Positions 1 through 14,647 are shown, counted from the first letter of the stretch. The stretch: DNA of 64,000 bases from Octopus vulgaris (GCA_951406725.2 OX597816.1:14508001-14572000), one strand, 5' to 3'. Notes: generated from the sequence alone by a model not told the origin. A program made the numbers and translations.

Positions 1-44
1 TGTATATATGTATGTATAAAAAAATGTCAAACAATGGGGGAGGG

Positions 45-394
45 GACTAGTCGATTACATCGACCCCAGTGCGTAACTGGTACTTAATTTATCGACCCCG
101 AAAAGATGAAAGGCAAAGTCGACCTCGGCAGAATCTAAACTCAGAACTCAGATGAAATACCTATTTCTTTATTACCCTCAAGGGGCTAAACATAGAGGGG
201 ACAAACATGGACAGACATAGGTATTAAGTCGATTATATCGACCCCAGTGCGTAACTGGTACTTAATTTATCGACCCCGAAAGGATGAAAGGTAAAGTCGA
301 CCTCGGCGGAATTTGAACTCAGAACGTAACGACAGACGAAATACGGCTACGCATTTCGCACAGCGTGCTAACGTTTTTGCCAGCTCGCCGCCTT
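45..394 (-). mobile_element. tRNA-derived SINE family A, with duplicated body
   Basis: Reverse complement of aaggcggcgagctggcagaa..gagttcaaattccgccgaggtcgactttgcctttcatcctttcggggtcgataaattaagtaccag. Has a B-box-like gagttcaaattcc, and the body occurs twice. Confidence 0.85.
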
Positions 395-1161
395 AAAAAT
401 TTCAAATAATGTTAAACCAGTAAACCACCAATCAGAACTTAAAATGAGTGAAAGACAGAGAGAGACAGCGACAGACACACATACACAGATATACACACAC
501 ACATACACACAAATAGACAGACAGACAGACAGACAGACAGAGAGATTGAGGGGGACAGAGTGAGACAGACGGAGAGAGCGGTAAAGTCTATACCAAAAAA
601 AAATACTCATTGCGGTTCCTGGCCACTTCAAAGTATGGCAGTTTTATGAAAATATTTTTTTTTTTACAACATAGCAAGGCATCAAAGTGAATATGGTATG
701 TGCACGTGAGTGTGTGTGTGTGTGTGATTGCACTTGTGTGAGTTGAGCTTATGTTAACAGGTATCGCTATCATATCGCCCCGTGTGAAAATATCTGATAA
801 AATAAGTGACTATCGTTTGACGTCATTACTACATCCGGTGTTGTGATTGGGAAGACGTCATTAAGCAGAACAGCAGAACGACAGTTCTGGATCATTGAGC
901 ATTTGCGGAATTTAGCGATGGTACAATATGTGTGTATATGTGTGTGTATATGTGTGTGTATGTGTGTGTGCGTGCGTTCTATATGTATGTACGTATATAG
1001 ATGATACATGCACACACGAACAAAACAGAAAGGAAATGGTAATATATATACACACACATATACACACATATATATATACACATATATATATCATATTTAC
1101 ATATATGCATACATATATACATCTACTTATGTACTTATATATCTAAATATATTGATATATT

Positions 1162-1194
<33 letters not shown>

Positions 1195-1317
1195 GTGCGT
1201 GTGCGTATATTTCTGAGTGAGTGTGTGTGTGTATATATGTATGCTCATACAGATATCACATGCATATACGTGCATATATTACATTATATATGCATAGATA
1301 AATATATGTAAATACCT

Positions 1318-1524
1318 ATGTATGTGTATATAAATGTATGATAGCACGTGTGTGCGTATAAACATATCTTTGTATGTAGAGGTACATATATGTAGGAATA
1401 TATATTCTCATTATAACTTCTATGTATGTGTATATAAATGTATGATAGCGTGTGTGTGCGTATAAACATATCTTTGTATGTAGAAGAACATATATGTAGG
1501 AATATGTATATTCGCATTATAATC
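1318..1524. repeat. Imperfect tandem duplication, unit ~100 bp
   Basis: tatgtatgtgtatataaatgtatgatagc..catatatgtaggaatat..cattataa occurs twice in tandem. Confidence 0.7.
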
Positions 1525-1915
1525 ACTTAACGCATTAACATTTTTCTCGCCGAAAATCAAGCAGAGAAGAATTAACATGAAAGACCATTTATGCAAATTT
1601 GTTCACAGAATAAATGTCGCAATTTGTCCACTACGTGCTGCCGGTTCGTTTATTTGTGAAGCTTAATCACGGAAAAGATAATATTGTCTCCTTCTTAAAC
1701 CCGTTATCGTTAATTCTCGCTTTCCTTTTCTCTGACACTTCCCTTTTGCTCTCTTTATCACTCTCTCACTTTGTGTGTGTGTGTGTGTGTATACATACAT
1801 TTATATATACACACATATATATATACATTCCATAACACTCTATACATATAAATACATTGCAGATTAGAGAATTGGAAACAGATGATTTGTGCAAGCGCTG
1901 TCAATGGAACGCTCC

Positions 1916-1955
<40 letters not shown>

Positions 1956-2016
1956 ACACAGGAAATGTGTCGATCGATATATGTATACTACCACGTTAAG
2001 TACAGTATACAACCAC

Positions 2017-2067
<51 letters not shown>

Positions 2068-2145
2068 TCAAAATGTGATCGCGTGTGTAACGTTGGCGAA
2101 TTTTTTTCCTCCGTCTTCCCTTCTCAGGATCTTTCCTTTTCCTAT

Positions 2146-2180
2146 GTTTCTGACGACGAGCTCCGCTCGAAACGTAAAAC
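2146..2180 (+). ncRNA. Minimal type-I hammerhead ribozyme motif in a ~200-bp Penelope-like repeat (about 2085-2280)
   Basis: GUUU-CUGACGA-C-GAGC(UCC)GCUC-GAA-ACGU-A-AAAC: 4-bp stem I, intact core plus one extra nucleotide, 4-bp stem II, palindromic ACGU in place of stem III, GUA triplet. Confidence 0.7.
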
Positions 2181-2276
2181 TCTCCTTCTTCCCTTCATCC
2201 TGAGCGTCCAATAATACTATATTTGTTCCACGTCCTCGCGTTGTTGTGTTTTCTCTTTGTGTTTTCATGTTTGGAT

Positions 2277-2329
<53 letters not shown>

Positions 2330-3097
2330 TCAACCGCTGCATTTATATATAAGTGTGTGTGCGCGTGCGTGTGTATATATATGCTTGTGTGTCTGTGTTT
2401 GTCCCCCACCCAATCACTTGACAACCGATGCTGGTGTGTTTACGGTTTACGGTGGCCTCCCTTACAGAACCCCAATTCTTAGATTTTGCTATTTAACTTA
2501 GATTGGAAATTACAGTTATAAGGGAATCCAGTAGAGAAAATGTATCAGCCAGGAATCGAAACAGCTACTTCAGGACCCTCATCTCTCCAATACACAAAAC
2601 AAGCACGAAATGTTGCATATAATCCTTAATACTGATCTTTTCTAGCATCGATAACGCGTTAACCTTTCCAGTGTTCACATATTCTCATCAACACGCAAGT
2701 TGGTCATTTCTTAATAGTCTCATCTCAAACAGGCGCCTTATAATAAAAATCGTGTGATGATTATAATTAACACACGTTTCGTTAATTTGTGCAGCAGACT
2801 CTTAGTCTTCTCAGTATATATGGATTTAGAAGCCCCGTTGAATCAATTATGCCATCGACAATTCTATATTTAATTAGTTAACTAGAAATATGTACATATT
2901 CTAATTATGCTTTTCTGTTATTCTGGACATAAGCAATTTTTATAAATATAATTACTAGAGTCTACGAAATAAGTTTGAGATATGAGAGGAAAGGTTAACC
3001 GTTGGAACCTGCAAAGGCTATAGCCGAGTTATATAATTGATGAGGAATTATATTATATTCTAATATATGTGGGGGGGGGGGGGGGTAAAGATGTGGG

Positions 3098-3423
3098 GGC
3101 GCAATGGCCCAGTGGTTAGGGCAGCGGACACGCTGCCGTAGGACCGCGGTTCTGATTCCCAGAGTGGGCGCTGTGAGTGTTTTCTGAGTTTCACGGGGCA
3201 CCGGCAGGGTTTGGTGGTGAACCTTGCTGTTCTCTTTCACCACAACTTTCTCTCACACTTTCTTCCTGTTTCTGTTGTACCTGTATTTCAAAGAGCCAGC
3301 CTTGTCACACACTGTGTCACGCTGAATCTCCCCGAGAACTACGTTAATGGTACACGTGTCTGTGGAGTGCTCAGCCACTTGCACGTTAATTTCATTTGGC
3401 ACCCTCGTCGTCGTAACCGACGG
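3098..3423 (+). mobile_element. tRNA-derived SINE family B
   Basis: ggcgcaatggcccagtggttagggcagcggac tRNA-like head; body shared with 59612-59990. Confidence 0.8.
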
Positions 3424-3700
3424 TAAACGATACCGACAGACTAAGTAACAAACTTGAAAAAGAGTAAATAGTGAGATTGATTTGTTCGACTAAAACCCTT
3501 CAATGCGGTGCCACAGCATGGCCGTATTCCATTGATTGAAACAAGAAAAAGATAAATGAGTACTTATTCCATGGGGTTAATCAACAATATTTAATGAAAT
3601 CTCTGATGCCCTGTGGATGGGATAATTAACAAATGTACAAACGAATTTAATGATCCAGGCGCTGATGGCGATACATTGCTAATAATCAATACGTGTGATG

Positions 3701-4121
3701 AAGGCGGCGAGCTGGCAGAAACGTTAGCACGCCGAGCGAAATGCTTAGCCATATTTCGTCTGCCATTACGTTCTGAGTTCAAATTCCGCCGAGGTCGACT
3801 TTGCCTGTCATCCTTTCGGGGGTCGATAAATTAAGTACCAGTTACGCACTGGGGTCGATGTAATCGACTTAATCCCTATGTCTGTCCTTGTTTGTCCCCT
3901 CTGTGTTTAGCCCCTTGTGGGCAGTAAAGAAATAGGTATTTCGTCTGCCTTTATATTCTGAGTTCAGATTCCGCCGAGGTCGACTTTGCCTTTCATCCTT
4001 TCGGGGGTCGATAAATTAAGTACCAGTTACACACTGGGGTCGATGTAATCGACTTAATCCCTTTGTCTGTCCTTGTTTGTCCCCTCTGTATTTAGCCCCT
4101 TGTGGGTAGTAAAGAAATAGG
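3701..4121 (+). mobile_element. SINE family A, tandem dimer
   Basis: Full head and body, then a second body ending ccccttgtgggtagtaaagaaatagg. Confidence 0.85.
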
Positions 4122-4904
4122 TAGTAAAGAAATTAATAAATACGTGTGATGTATTTCTCGGAATTAACAAAAGAGAATTTTACAAGTTGAGACCAAGGTA
4201 CGGTTTCGATTCCCAGTTAAAATATTTTCACTTTAATTGTGCCTTTTAATGAATAACCGAAGCTAAATTAATACACCCTCTACTATGAAACTTGCGATCT
4301 TGTGGTGCTGATTGTAGGAACACATTTACACTATTTAAAGGAAATCATGAAAGCAATATCAGCGAAACAGCAGTTAATTTTATTATCAAGCTAAATGTTA
4401 CTATACCAGCGAGCCTATCAGCTGAGTGCATCTTACGTAAACCCAATACATATCCACGCACATACATACATATATCTGTATTTATGAATTTATGTATGAG
4501 TGTATAGCTAGGTATTTTTACTACTGTAGTAAGTCACGTTATCTGCCACATCCTCTTACCCTCTTATCCTCTTCCAATATATATTTTCTTTAGTTACATC
4601 TTATCGAGAAATGGAGAGATGTGTAGGCCTATGTAATTTAAACTATAGCGGAAACTGCACAAGTATTTTTGTTTTATATAATGATAACGCTTAATATATT
4701 CAACTTCAAATTTTCATCTTTTTTTCTGTACATGGAAACAAAACACAAACGATTATACGAAGAAGGTCACCTTCTTCTTTGCAATTTCTAATTTAGAAAC
4801 GTGTTAGCTAGTTTGTTTGGGTTAAGGTGTCCGACGTTATCTTTATATTCTGATGTAGATTATTACGAAAAAAATGACCAACAAACAAACTGATATTTTG
4901 TTGG

Positions 4905-5390
4905 TTACGACGACGAGGGTTCCAGTCGATTCGATCAACGGAACAGCCTGCTCGTGAAATCAACGTGCAAGTAGCTGAGTACTCCACAGACACGTGTACC
5001 CTTAACGTAGTTCTCAGTGAGAATGTGACAAGGTTGGTCCTTTGAATAATAGGTACAATTCATTTTGGTCAGACGAATGGACTGGAGGGATCTTTTCCTT
5101 TTGATAGCCAGATTTCAACAGAATTTCTAGTTAACTAAACACTTTAAAACTTTGTATACTGGTAGAATGTCAAAAGAAAACATTATTTTCACTTGGCTTT
5201 TTTGATAAATTTGTAATTCGTTTGTTTAACGTAGTTTAATTTTTCGAATTTTAACCAATCTTATGCTCTCTTTTGAGTAACGTGAGATAGTGTCTTGCTC
5301 ATGGACACAACACTCCGCCGGGGAGCGAACTCATGACCTTAGGATCGTATGCCGAATTCCCTAACCACAAAGCCACGCGCCTTCACACGA
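4905..5390 (-). mobile_element. SINE family B, interrupted by an insertion
   Basis: Reverse complement of the family B tail (ggttacgacgacgaggg) and head (ccctaaccacaaagccacgcgcct), separated by unrelated sequence at about 5090-5280. Confidence 0.7.
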
Positions 5391-5669
5391 TGTAAATATC
5401 TGAATCAGTGTACCTCACTGTTTTGCGTTTGATATCCTCCTTAGGTTAGTATCATTTTTCACACGACCGAGAGTCACTGAGATAAGTTCCAATATAATTC
5501 AGAGGTGATTCAATGAATTACACTTTCTGTGTTGTGAAGTTAATAAACTTAATTGTTAATTAACTTAAAACAATATTTAATTTTAAATGAAACAGTTTAC
5601 AGCTTGCCGATTATTTTATTTTATTTTTTAAGCAAACTTGCATGTTATTTTCTTTGAACTCTTTCTCAT

Positions 5670-7230
5670 CTTTGGCACAAGACCGGCAGTTTTGTGGGGC
5701 GGGGCAAGCAAATACATTGACCCCCAGTGCTCAAATCGTACTTATTTCATCGACCCTGAAGGAGGATGAAAGATAAATTTAACCTCGGTAGAATTTGAAT
5801 TCAGAATGTAATAACGGATGAAATGCCGCTAAGCATTTTGTCCGGCGTGCTAAAGTTTCTTATTTCTTTATTGCCCACAAGGGGCTAAACATAGAGGGGA
5901 CAAACAAGGACAAACAAACAGATTAAGTCGATTACATCGACTCCAGTGCGTAACTGGTACTTAATTTATCGACCCCGAAAGGATGAAAGGCAAAGTCGAC
6001 CTCGGCGGAATTTGAACTCAGAACGTAAAGATAGACGAAATACGGCTACGCATTTCGCCCGGCATGCTAACGTTTCTGCCAACTCACCGCCTTAATAATA
6101 TTGGTTTCAAATTTAGGCACAAGGCCAGCAATTTGGGGGGAGGGGAAAGTCGATTACATCAACCTCCCAGTGTTCAATTGGTATATATTTTATTAACGCC
6201 AAAAGGATGAAAGGCAAAGTCGACCTCGGCAGCATTTGAACACAGATCGTATAGACGGACGAAATGCCGCTAAGCACTATGCTCGGTATGCTAAAGATCC
6301 GTAAAAGATCGTTTGTACACGCCTCAACTGTTTATGTCCATTGTTTTAAATATGACATAAATCGATTTGATTTTCCACGTAGACCTAGAGTTAATCAATC
6401 AGACGCTTAAGGCGACGAGCTAGCAGAATCGTTAGCACGCCGGGCGAAATGCTTTGCGGTATTTCGTCTGCCGTTGCGTTCTGAGTTCAAATTCCGTGAA
6501 GGTCGACTTTGCCTTTCATCCTTTCGGGGTCGATTAAATAAGTACCAGTTACGCACTGGGGTCGATGTAATCGACTTAATCCGTTTGTCTGTCCTTGTTT
6601 GTCCTCTCTGTGATTAGCCCCTTGTGGGTAGTAAAGAAATAGGATCTTTACTATGGCGGGCTAAATGTTTAGTGGCATTTCGTCCGTCTTTCTGTTCTGA
6701 GTTCAAATTCCGCCAATGTCGACTTTGCCTTCCATCTTTTCCGGTTCGACAAAATAAGTACCAGTTATGCCCTAGGGTCGCTGTAGTCGACTGCCTGAAA
6801 TTTCTGGCCTTGTGTCAATATTGCAAACCAGTATTATGTGCGTGTTTAAGGCGACGAGCTGGCAGAATCGTTAGCACGCCGGGCGAAATGCTTAGCGGTA
6901 TTTCGTCTGCGGGTACGTTCTGAGTTCAATTTCCGCCGAGGTTGACTTTGCCTTTCATCCTTTCGGGGTCGATAAATTAGAGTCGATGTAATCGCACTAG
7001 AGTCGATGTAATCGACTTAATCCGTTTGTCTGTCCTTGTTTGTCCCCTCTATGTTTAGCCCCTTGTGGGAAATAAAGAAATAAGAATCGTTACTAAGCCA
7101 GACAGAATGCTTAGCAACATTTCACCTTTTTTTACGTTCTCAGTTCAAATTCCGCCGACGTCGACTCTGTCTTCCTCCTTTCGGTGTCGATAAAAAACAG
7201 TTGAGCTTGCCTTGTGCCAAATTTCGAAAC
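5670..7230. mobile_element. Cluster of about 7 SINE family A copies (minus strand 5670-6295, plus strand 6409-7230)
   Basis: Repeated gtcgactttgcctttcatcc / ggatgaaaggcaaagtcgac and head motifs. Confidence 0.85.
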
Positions 7231-7802
7231 CAATAAATCAAATGCTTTATAAGGTCTAACTTGTAACTACATATTTCTGAGTTCAAATCTTGAGTGGGTG
7301 AAAGTATTTTACATTCCCTCTTGACTATGCGAATAATTATAATTTCCACGTCTTCTCACCAATAAAACAGAACGAAAAGGAATTCATTCTTCCTAATTTA
7401 TTACCAACACTATTTCAGTTCATCTGCAATCCAAATTATGCTTTATAGCAATATCTAAGAGCATTTTTATTTTATTATTGGTTAATCCAGTCAAACTGAC
7501 ATTTCCTAATATGAAAGAACATGCAAAGGGCGATTCGCTGTTGCCATTATCACACATAGGAAGTTACAACGTTGCTTAGTCAAATATACAAACAAATCTA
7601 CCTTCGCTCATAAGAGAGCTCGCTTAATTAAAAGCAGTAATAACTCGATTGGCAATGAAACAAATATGCAAACCTGCTGAAGGCAAACTACTTGATAATT
7701 GACCCACCTGAGTAACTTTTGTATTATGAATGCATGTTGTTTGTGTTTTTATGGAATTTTTGCCGCAGTTTGCGTGTTTATATACGCCTATGCATGCACG
7801 AT

Positions 7803-8458
<656 letters not shown>

Positions 8459-9157
8459 AGGAGAATTATTTACGCTACGTTTGCTTCGCGAAAGCCACTT
8501 CCAATATTTTTCTTTTTTTTTCCTTTTATTCTGCTAATTTTTTTTTAATCAAACGTTGGGTGAAATTTATATATCATCAAGGTTGCACAGCCCAAATATA
8601 TAAAAACGTGTGTGTGTGTCTGTGTCTGTGTGTGAGTGTGTCTGTGTGTGTCTGTGCGAAGCAATTATGTGGCTTAAGGCATGTTTCAAATAAAAAAAAA
8701 AAATGCTTCATACATGTTCATAGCTAAACATATCAACAAGATCTCAGTGAAGATATTTTTATTTGGTAGTTAGTAGGCTTTGCTTAACGTTATCCATCCG
8801 TTCATCTCGGTGCAAGGAATAGGAACTAATATCATTAAGAAATGTATATCTCCAGGTAGATGTAGGTGTGTGTGTTTATTACTAGGTAGGTGTAGATTTT
8901 GTAGTGTATGATAGATGTATGCGTCGTGTGTGGTGGGTGCGTGTGTGTATGAATGTAAATATTTTTGATTATACATACACACCCTTGCATATGCACCCAC
9001 GCGCATATTTATATATAAGCATACACGTGTATAAATATATGTATACGTATATGCATATGTGTATATAGATATATATATATATATATATATATATATGGAG
9101 AGAGAGAGATGCATATATGTATATATCTGTTACATTCGTACATATGTACATAGAAAA

Positions 9158-9209
<52 letters not shown>

Positions 9210-9317
9210 GTTACACATATATCTACACACATATATTTATATATATATATATATGCACATATATTTATACACGCACACATACATGCATATATATGTGTGT
9301 GTATATGTGTGTGTGTG

Positions 9318-9363
<46 letters not shown>

Positions 9364-9714
9364 TGTGTGTGCGCGTGTGTGCATGAGATTGACTGTATAT
9401 GATTTTCTGCTATTGCACTTCTGTAATCGACTCGTTATATTTACAATTAAATGTTAGAAATTGCAAATTAAAGAAAAATAAATATAAAAAAAATTTGCAT
9501 CGAAGTGTGAAGAAGAAGAAGAAGAAGAAGTTATTAAAGCTTATCTGAATAAATGAAATGCAAAATTGTCTTGCAGCCATGTTAAAGAAAAGTGGATCAG
9601 ATGAAAGTATACACGAGACAGGCTCCAGTAAGTTAGAACCGACATGGAGACCGATATTTCTAATAAATAAAATATCGATGGAAATTTTATGGCCCCTCCA
9701 CTCCGTCTGTCACG

Positions 9715-10030
9715 GCAACGAGGATTCCATTTGAATCGATCATTAGAACAGCCTGCTAGTGAAATTAACGTGCAAGTGGCTGAGTACTCCACAGACACGC
9801 GTAGTTGTCAGGAGCATTCAGCGTGACAGAGAATGTGATAAGGCTAGCCTTTGGAATTACAGGTGCTACTAATTTTTTTCCGGCTAAGTCGATTGGAGCA
9901 ACGTGAAATAATGTGTCTTGCTTAAGGACACAACGAGAAGTTGGGAATCGATCTCATAACCTTACAGTTGTGAACCGAATACCCTAACCAAGAAGTCACG
10001 CTCTAACCACTATGCCAAGTGCCTCCACTG
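9715..10030 (-). mobile_element. SINE family B, degenerate
   Basis: gaaattaacgtgcaagtggctgagtactccacagacacg and ccctaacca..gccacg motifs shared with the 4905-5390 copy. Confidence 0.7.
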
Positions 10031-10034
10031 AGGT

Positions 10035-11380
10035 GTTACATGACTAAGCCATTTCATTTCGAGCCTTTTGACAACTGACAGAAAGGTTTCGCAGTTCACC
10101 GTCTTCTCTACAATTTCTTACTTAACAGCTCGATATTCCGTTGACAGAATGCGAAACATGATTCTACAGCATTTCATTCAACAGGTCATAAACTTTTCCC
10201 TTATTGCAGTCAACGTCCATGGTTCGCACACACAAACTGCAGTTGGGATTATAATAGCTCTTAGAAAAGAAATATTTGTTGCTGTTGTTATTATGATATT
10301 TTATTTGTTAACTGCAATCTTTTTGTTGTAGCTATTGTAATATTTTTTTTGTTTCCTCAAATAATGTCTTATTTTGCCAAAGCTGTTCTGGTTCTGTCGT
10401 TCTGGCATTTTCTTTCTTTCTTTGATCTTACATCTTCATTATTCTTCCAATTTAAATTCAACAAATTGCTTGAGCATCTTCCCTGCTATTTAAATAAGAT
10501 TCACCTTTTTTTCTTTTTTTTTTCGTCTCTACTAGTTATTATTCTTTTGTTTTTGTTTCTCTAACGCCTATTTCCATTCCATGTGCTCATGCAGGAGTAT
10601 CAAAGTTTGTTAGACCTCTAAATTCTTCATTCTGTCTTATCCAATAAATATCATCGGTGAAACACAGGTCACTAACTTCTCTGCCACCTACTTTAACATT
10701 TCTTTCAAAATACTCGAGGGCTTCCGCCATAACGTCTGCGTATTCTAGAAACATATTAAAAAGGCTTGATGAAAGTGTGCGACCTTGTGAGACACCAGCT
10801 GTAGATCGGATTCTGTTGCTTGGTGAATTTCTTACTGAAACCACATCGTTTATCTTTCATCTTTTACTTGCTTCAGACCGTGCCCATGCTGGGGCACCAC
10901 TTTGAAAGATTTATGGTTGAATGAACTTATTTTTTAAAGCTTGGTACTTATTCTATCGGTCTCTTTTGCCGAACCACTATTTTATGGGGATGTAAATACA
11001 CCAGCAGCGGTTGTCAAGCAGTGGTGAGGGACAAATACACACACACGCATGCACACACATACACATACTTACGAAAGGCTTCCTTCAATTTCCGTCTAAC
11101 AAATCTTCTGACAAGGTTTTGGTTGGCACGAGGCTATCATAAAGAACGCTTGTTCAAGGTGCCATGCTGTGCGACCGAACTCAGAACTATGTGGCTGGGA
11201 AGCAAAGTTCTTATCACACAGCCACGCCCCCGTCATATAATGACATGATGATATTTATTATCAATAGACTGACGTTGTATTTCCTCATAACCTGCAGTAC
11301 CTCTTGCTGCATACAGTCAAAACCATTTTTAAAGTTCTGATAAAGCGCAATAGTGCACCGAATATACTTCACCTGGAATA
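10035..11380 (-). pseudogene. Decayed RTE-clade LINE reverse transcriptase, interrupted by a SINE at about 10855-11230
   Basis: Minus-strand peptides NFKNGFD (DF.KAFD) and GVSQGRTLSSSLFNMFLE..VKVGGREVSDLCFTDDI (GV.QG..LSP.LFN, RFADD); C-terminal ..KWLSHV. Confidence 0.75.
10855..11230 (-). mobile_element. SINE family C (tRNA head, CORE-like segment, internal CA/TA microsatellite)
   Basis: Reverse complement of the element at 26772-27172. Confidence 0.8.
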
Positions 11381-12402
11381 TTTCCGTTCCTAAACCTTTG
11401 CCGCTCCTAATTATTTCCATAATCTGTTGCATTTGGGGAGAGTAATTTTCTTTTAGTTCCTTATGATTTAACACACTCACCGGTAAAATTTCCATTATTT
11501 CTTATTTTTATTCTCCTAAAATTTCCGTTGCGTCTTGCAACCTTTTCAATAGTGAACTCATATAAAGAATCTTGCAAACCAAATCTAAAAGCAAAAAATT
11601 ATTTCCATAAGTTTCTCTTTAACGTCCATGCTTGTTTTCAGACATTTAGCTAGCCTTTGTTTCGTACTTTCTATATAATATGATGCTTTTCTTTCATAAG
11701 TCCACAGTTACTCTGGTAGTTGACAAAAAAGTTGGGAATGTCTATCAGACACATACTTAAACGCTAAAGAAATATGTTCTGCGTATCATATGCAATACAC
11801 AGGACAGGCAAAGGATTAAAAAAAAACAAATTATATTCCATTAGATATGCTTTTGCTACTGGTTTCCATGAAATAGTTATCCCTCGGCGCGCATGGTCAC
11901 AAAATACACTGACTTTTGTGTTACGAAGGTGAGATGCTCAACAGAGATTATAAGAGATTAAAATGAATATTCTTTGAGACGGAATCAAATCTTAATCGTT
12001 ATATAAACAAAGCACAGACGCAAACGAAGGATTATATGCGTATTAAAGTAAACATATGAATTTTACTTATCTTAAACTCAGACATTTATACGACGCCTTA
12101 ATCGTAATCTTTAGTGGGTGTTAACGTCTCATGGGCTTGAAGTACGCCAATATGTACGATTATGAAATGAAGTTAGTTCTGCGAGTTTGATAAGATGGGA
12201 TTTGCTAAAATTCCGATTTCAAGCCAAAATAACTCCCCTTGGAACGAACCAGCTCTTGGTTGTTCCACTTAATTTTGTCAATACATGGGATTGTAGTCTG
12301 CGTCTTCTATGATGGCGTTTCGTGAATTTCGATTTAGATGCACGGTCATAAACCACTTGTGGTCTGTGTTATGAAATCAATATATTCAATGAAGAATATA
12401 AT

Positions 12403-12440
<38 letters not shown>

Positions 12441-12771
12441 TTATCAATATAGGGTAGCAAAAAAATTCAAGAAAAAATTCAAGAAAAATTTTCTGCAACC
12501 AGCGGTCAAGTGAGAAAATAGAAATAGTTCGCCTTCTCTTTTGGGAGTTTGCTGATGAAACAAACCAATCGTAAACGGATTTAATTTAATTTAATTAAGT
12601 TCGATTGCGTAAAAATTGTTGAAACCTTGCAGGGTACAAAGTTGAAAAGGATAAACGTTTTTATTTCTCCTTTAGCTTTCAGAATTACTACTATTTTTGC
12701 GGTTTTAGTTTTGGCTGCTCTTTTCAAGTGAGTCGAATGACCTGTAAAGGTCTTTCCTTAATATTTTGTGT

Positions 12772-12802
<31 letters not shown>

Positions 12803-12999
12803 ATTATATTCTTCATTAAATATAATATGCACGACACAGTGCCTGGGTTGTTATAACTGATCAGACCCTACATTGCAATGCTCCATCATCCAACAAAAGT
12901 ATATACTTAAGCCACTCTAATCAAGTAAGCCATTGAATGAAGCCGAGATATTATGGCCGATTGGTCCACATTACTCCGTAAGAGGCATAAGACCAGTTT

Positions 13000-13205
13000 C
13001 TCTGTTTGTCTGGCGTATATAATCCTCCCTGGATGGGACGCTAGTCCATTGCAAAATTACTCCTTTCTACCAGCTCAGTGGACTGGGACAAGGTGAAATT
13101 AAGTATTTTGCACAAGGACACAATATATCACCCGGTGCAGGAATCGAAACCATAATCTTACTATCATGAGTCCAATACCCTAAGCACTAATCCATACTCC
13201 TTCAC
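13000..13205 (-). mobile_element. SINE of the family B type, degenerate
   Basis: caaggacacaa..ggaatcgaaacc..ccctaagcactaa matches the reverse complement of the tRNA-like head. Confidence 0.6.
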
Positions 13206-13386
13206 AGAGTATTATACTTGCTGGAAAAGCCAAATGTTGTTGCTATTTTAGTTTAATTTAAGGCAAATCTGATCGAGTAGGCGCACAATCAGAGCTATCT
13301 TAACTTCCAATAACTGATCTCAGACATTGCAATATCATCTAATTTGTCGAGTCATAACACAGTAGTGTATTATATAGCAGAGAGAA

Positions 13387-13600
13387 AGGCAGTGGGTTAG
13401 CTGGACTGTGAGCATGCCGGACAAAATACTCAGTGGCATTTTGTCCGGCTTTATCTTCTGAGCTCAAATTCCGCCGAGGTCAACTCTGCCTTCATCCTTT
13501 CTGGGTCGATAAATTAAGTACCAGTCAAGTACTGGAGTCAGTGCAATCAACTTCTCCTTCCCCTCAAAAGCAGCTGTTCCTGTGCCAAAATTTGAAACCA
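13387..13600 (+). mobile_element. SINE family A, degenerate
   Basis: caaattccgccgaggtcaactctgccttcatcc..gtcgataaattaagtaccag. Confidence 0.75.
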
Positions 13601-14507
13601 TTACATAAAGAAGGGTGAATTTGCTGCTGTTTCTAAAAGATCGACAAAGTGGAGCTTTCTTTGTTGACTTATTGATCCTATTGCTCCGTACAGTTTGTTC
13701 ATTTTTCACTATTTTTGTTTTAATCCTTTCCAATGCTATTTGAATTTACACGGAAAGTAACTCTGTGTTTTTGCTTTATGAGTTTTCGTAGCGCTATTCT
13801 TCCGTTCCAACTTTTGTTCATCGTTCTTGAAATTTGAATAAATTTTACCTCATTTTAGACGATAGAGTGCCAAGTATGAAAAAATAACGAATTTATCTGA
13901 CATTCTAATGTATCCTGTTGAATCCTGCAATCTATAACAAGTTTTCTCGCCTACCTTATGTATAGTAGACACCACTTTGAACTGTCAGAATATCCTGTTC
14001 ACTTTTGGCTTAAGACACAAACTGCACTCTTTGCCTAACGCTTTATTTCATATCACAATAACAATTAGGTGTAAACACTGGCTGATGAGATTTCTTATAG
14101 CGATTTGTGGCTCCAACTTGCTCCGAATAAACGTTTTTAATTTAGTCTGAAATTACAAAATAACACCGTTTCATGTCAAGGAAAGACAGTGAAAAAAATC
14201 TTCGTTTCTATTTATTTATTTATATATATAATTATATATTTATTCTTGAAACATGATGGATGACAGCAGCAAATGGAAGCAAATGCTATCCGTTATGTTA
14301 TTAGGTGGACTATCAAAACAACTGTGCGAATGTAATGAAGCATCACAATGCATTGATGCAGATGTAGAATAGATATTATATTAACGCGATGGCACTGTAC
14401 AACCCGCAACCTGTGTGTGTCTTCATAGGTGTGTATGCTTATAGCAGTGTGTGTGTATGTGTCTTTCACTGCCCATGTATCATCATACGCATCTGTATGT
14501 ATGTATG

Positions 14508-14543
<36 letters not shown>

Positions 14544-14572
14544 TCTATGTATATATGTATGTATATATATAC

Positions 14573-14647
<75 letters not shown>

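Noticed and set aside
3098-3170. tRNA-like sequences at SINE heads (also 30153, 52750, 59612)
   Set aside because: They lack a closing acceptor stem and poly-T terminator and continue into SINE bodies, so they are not tRNA genes.
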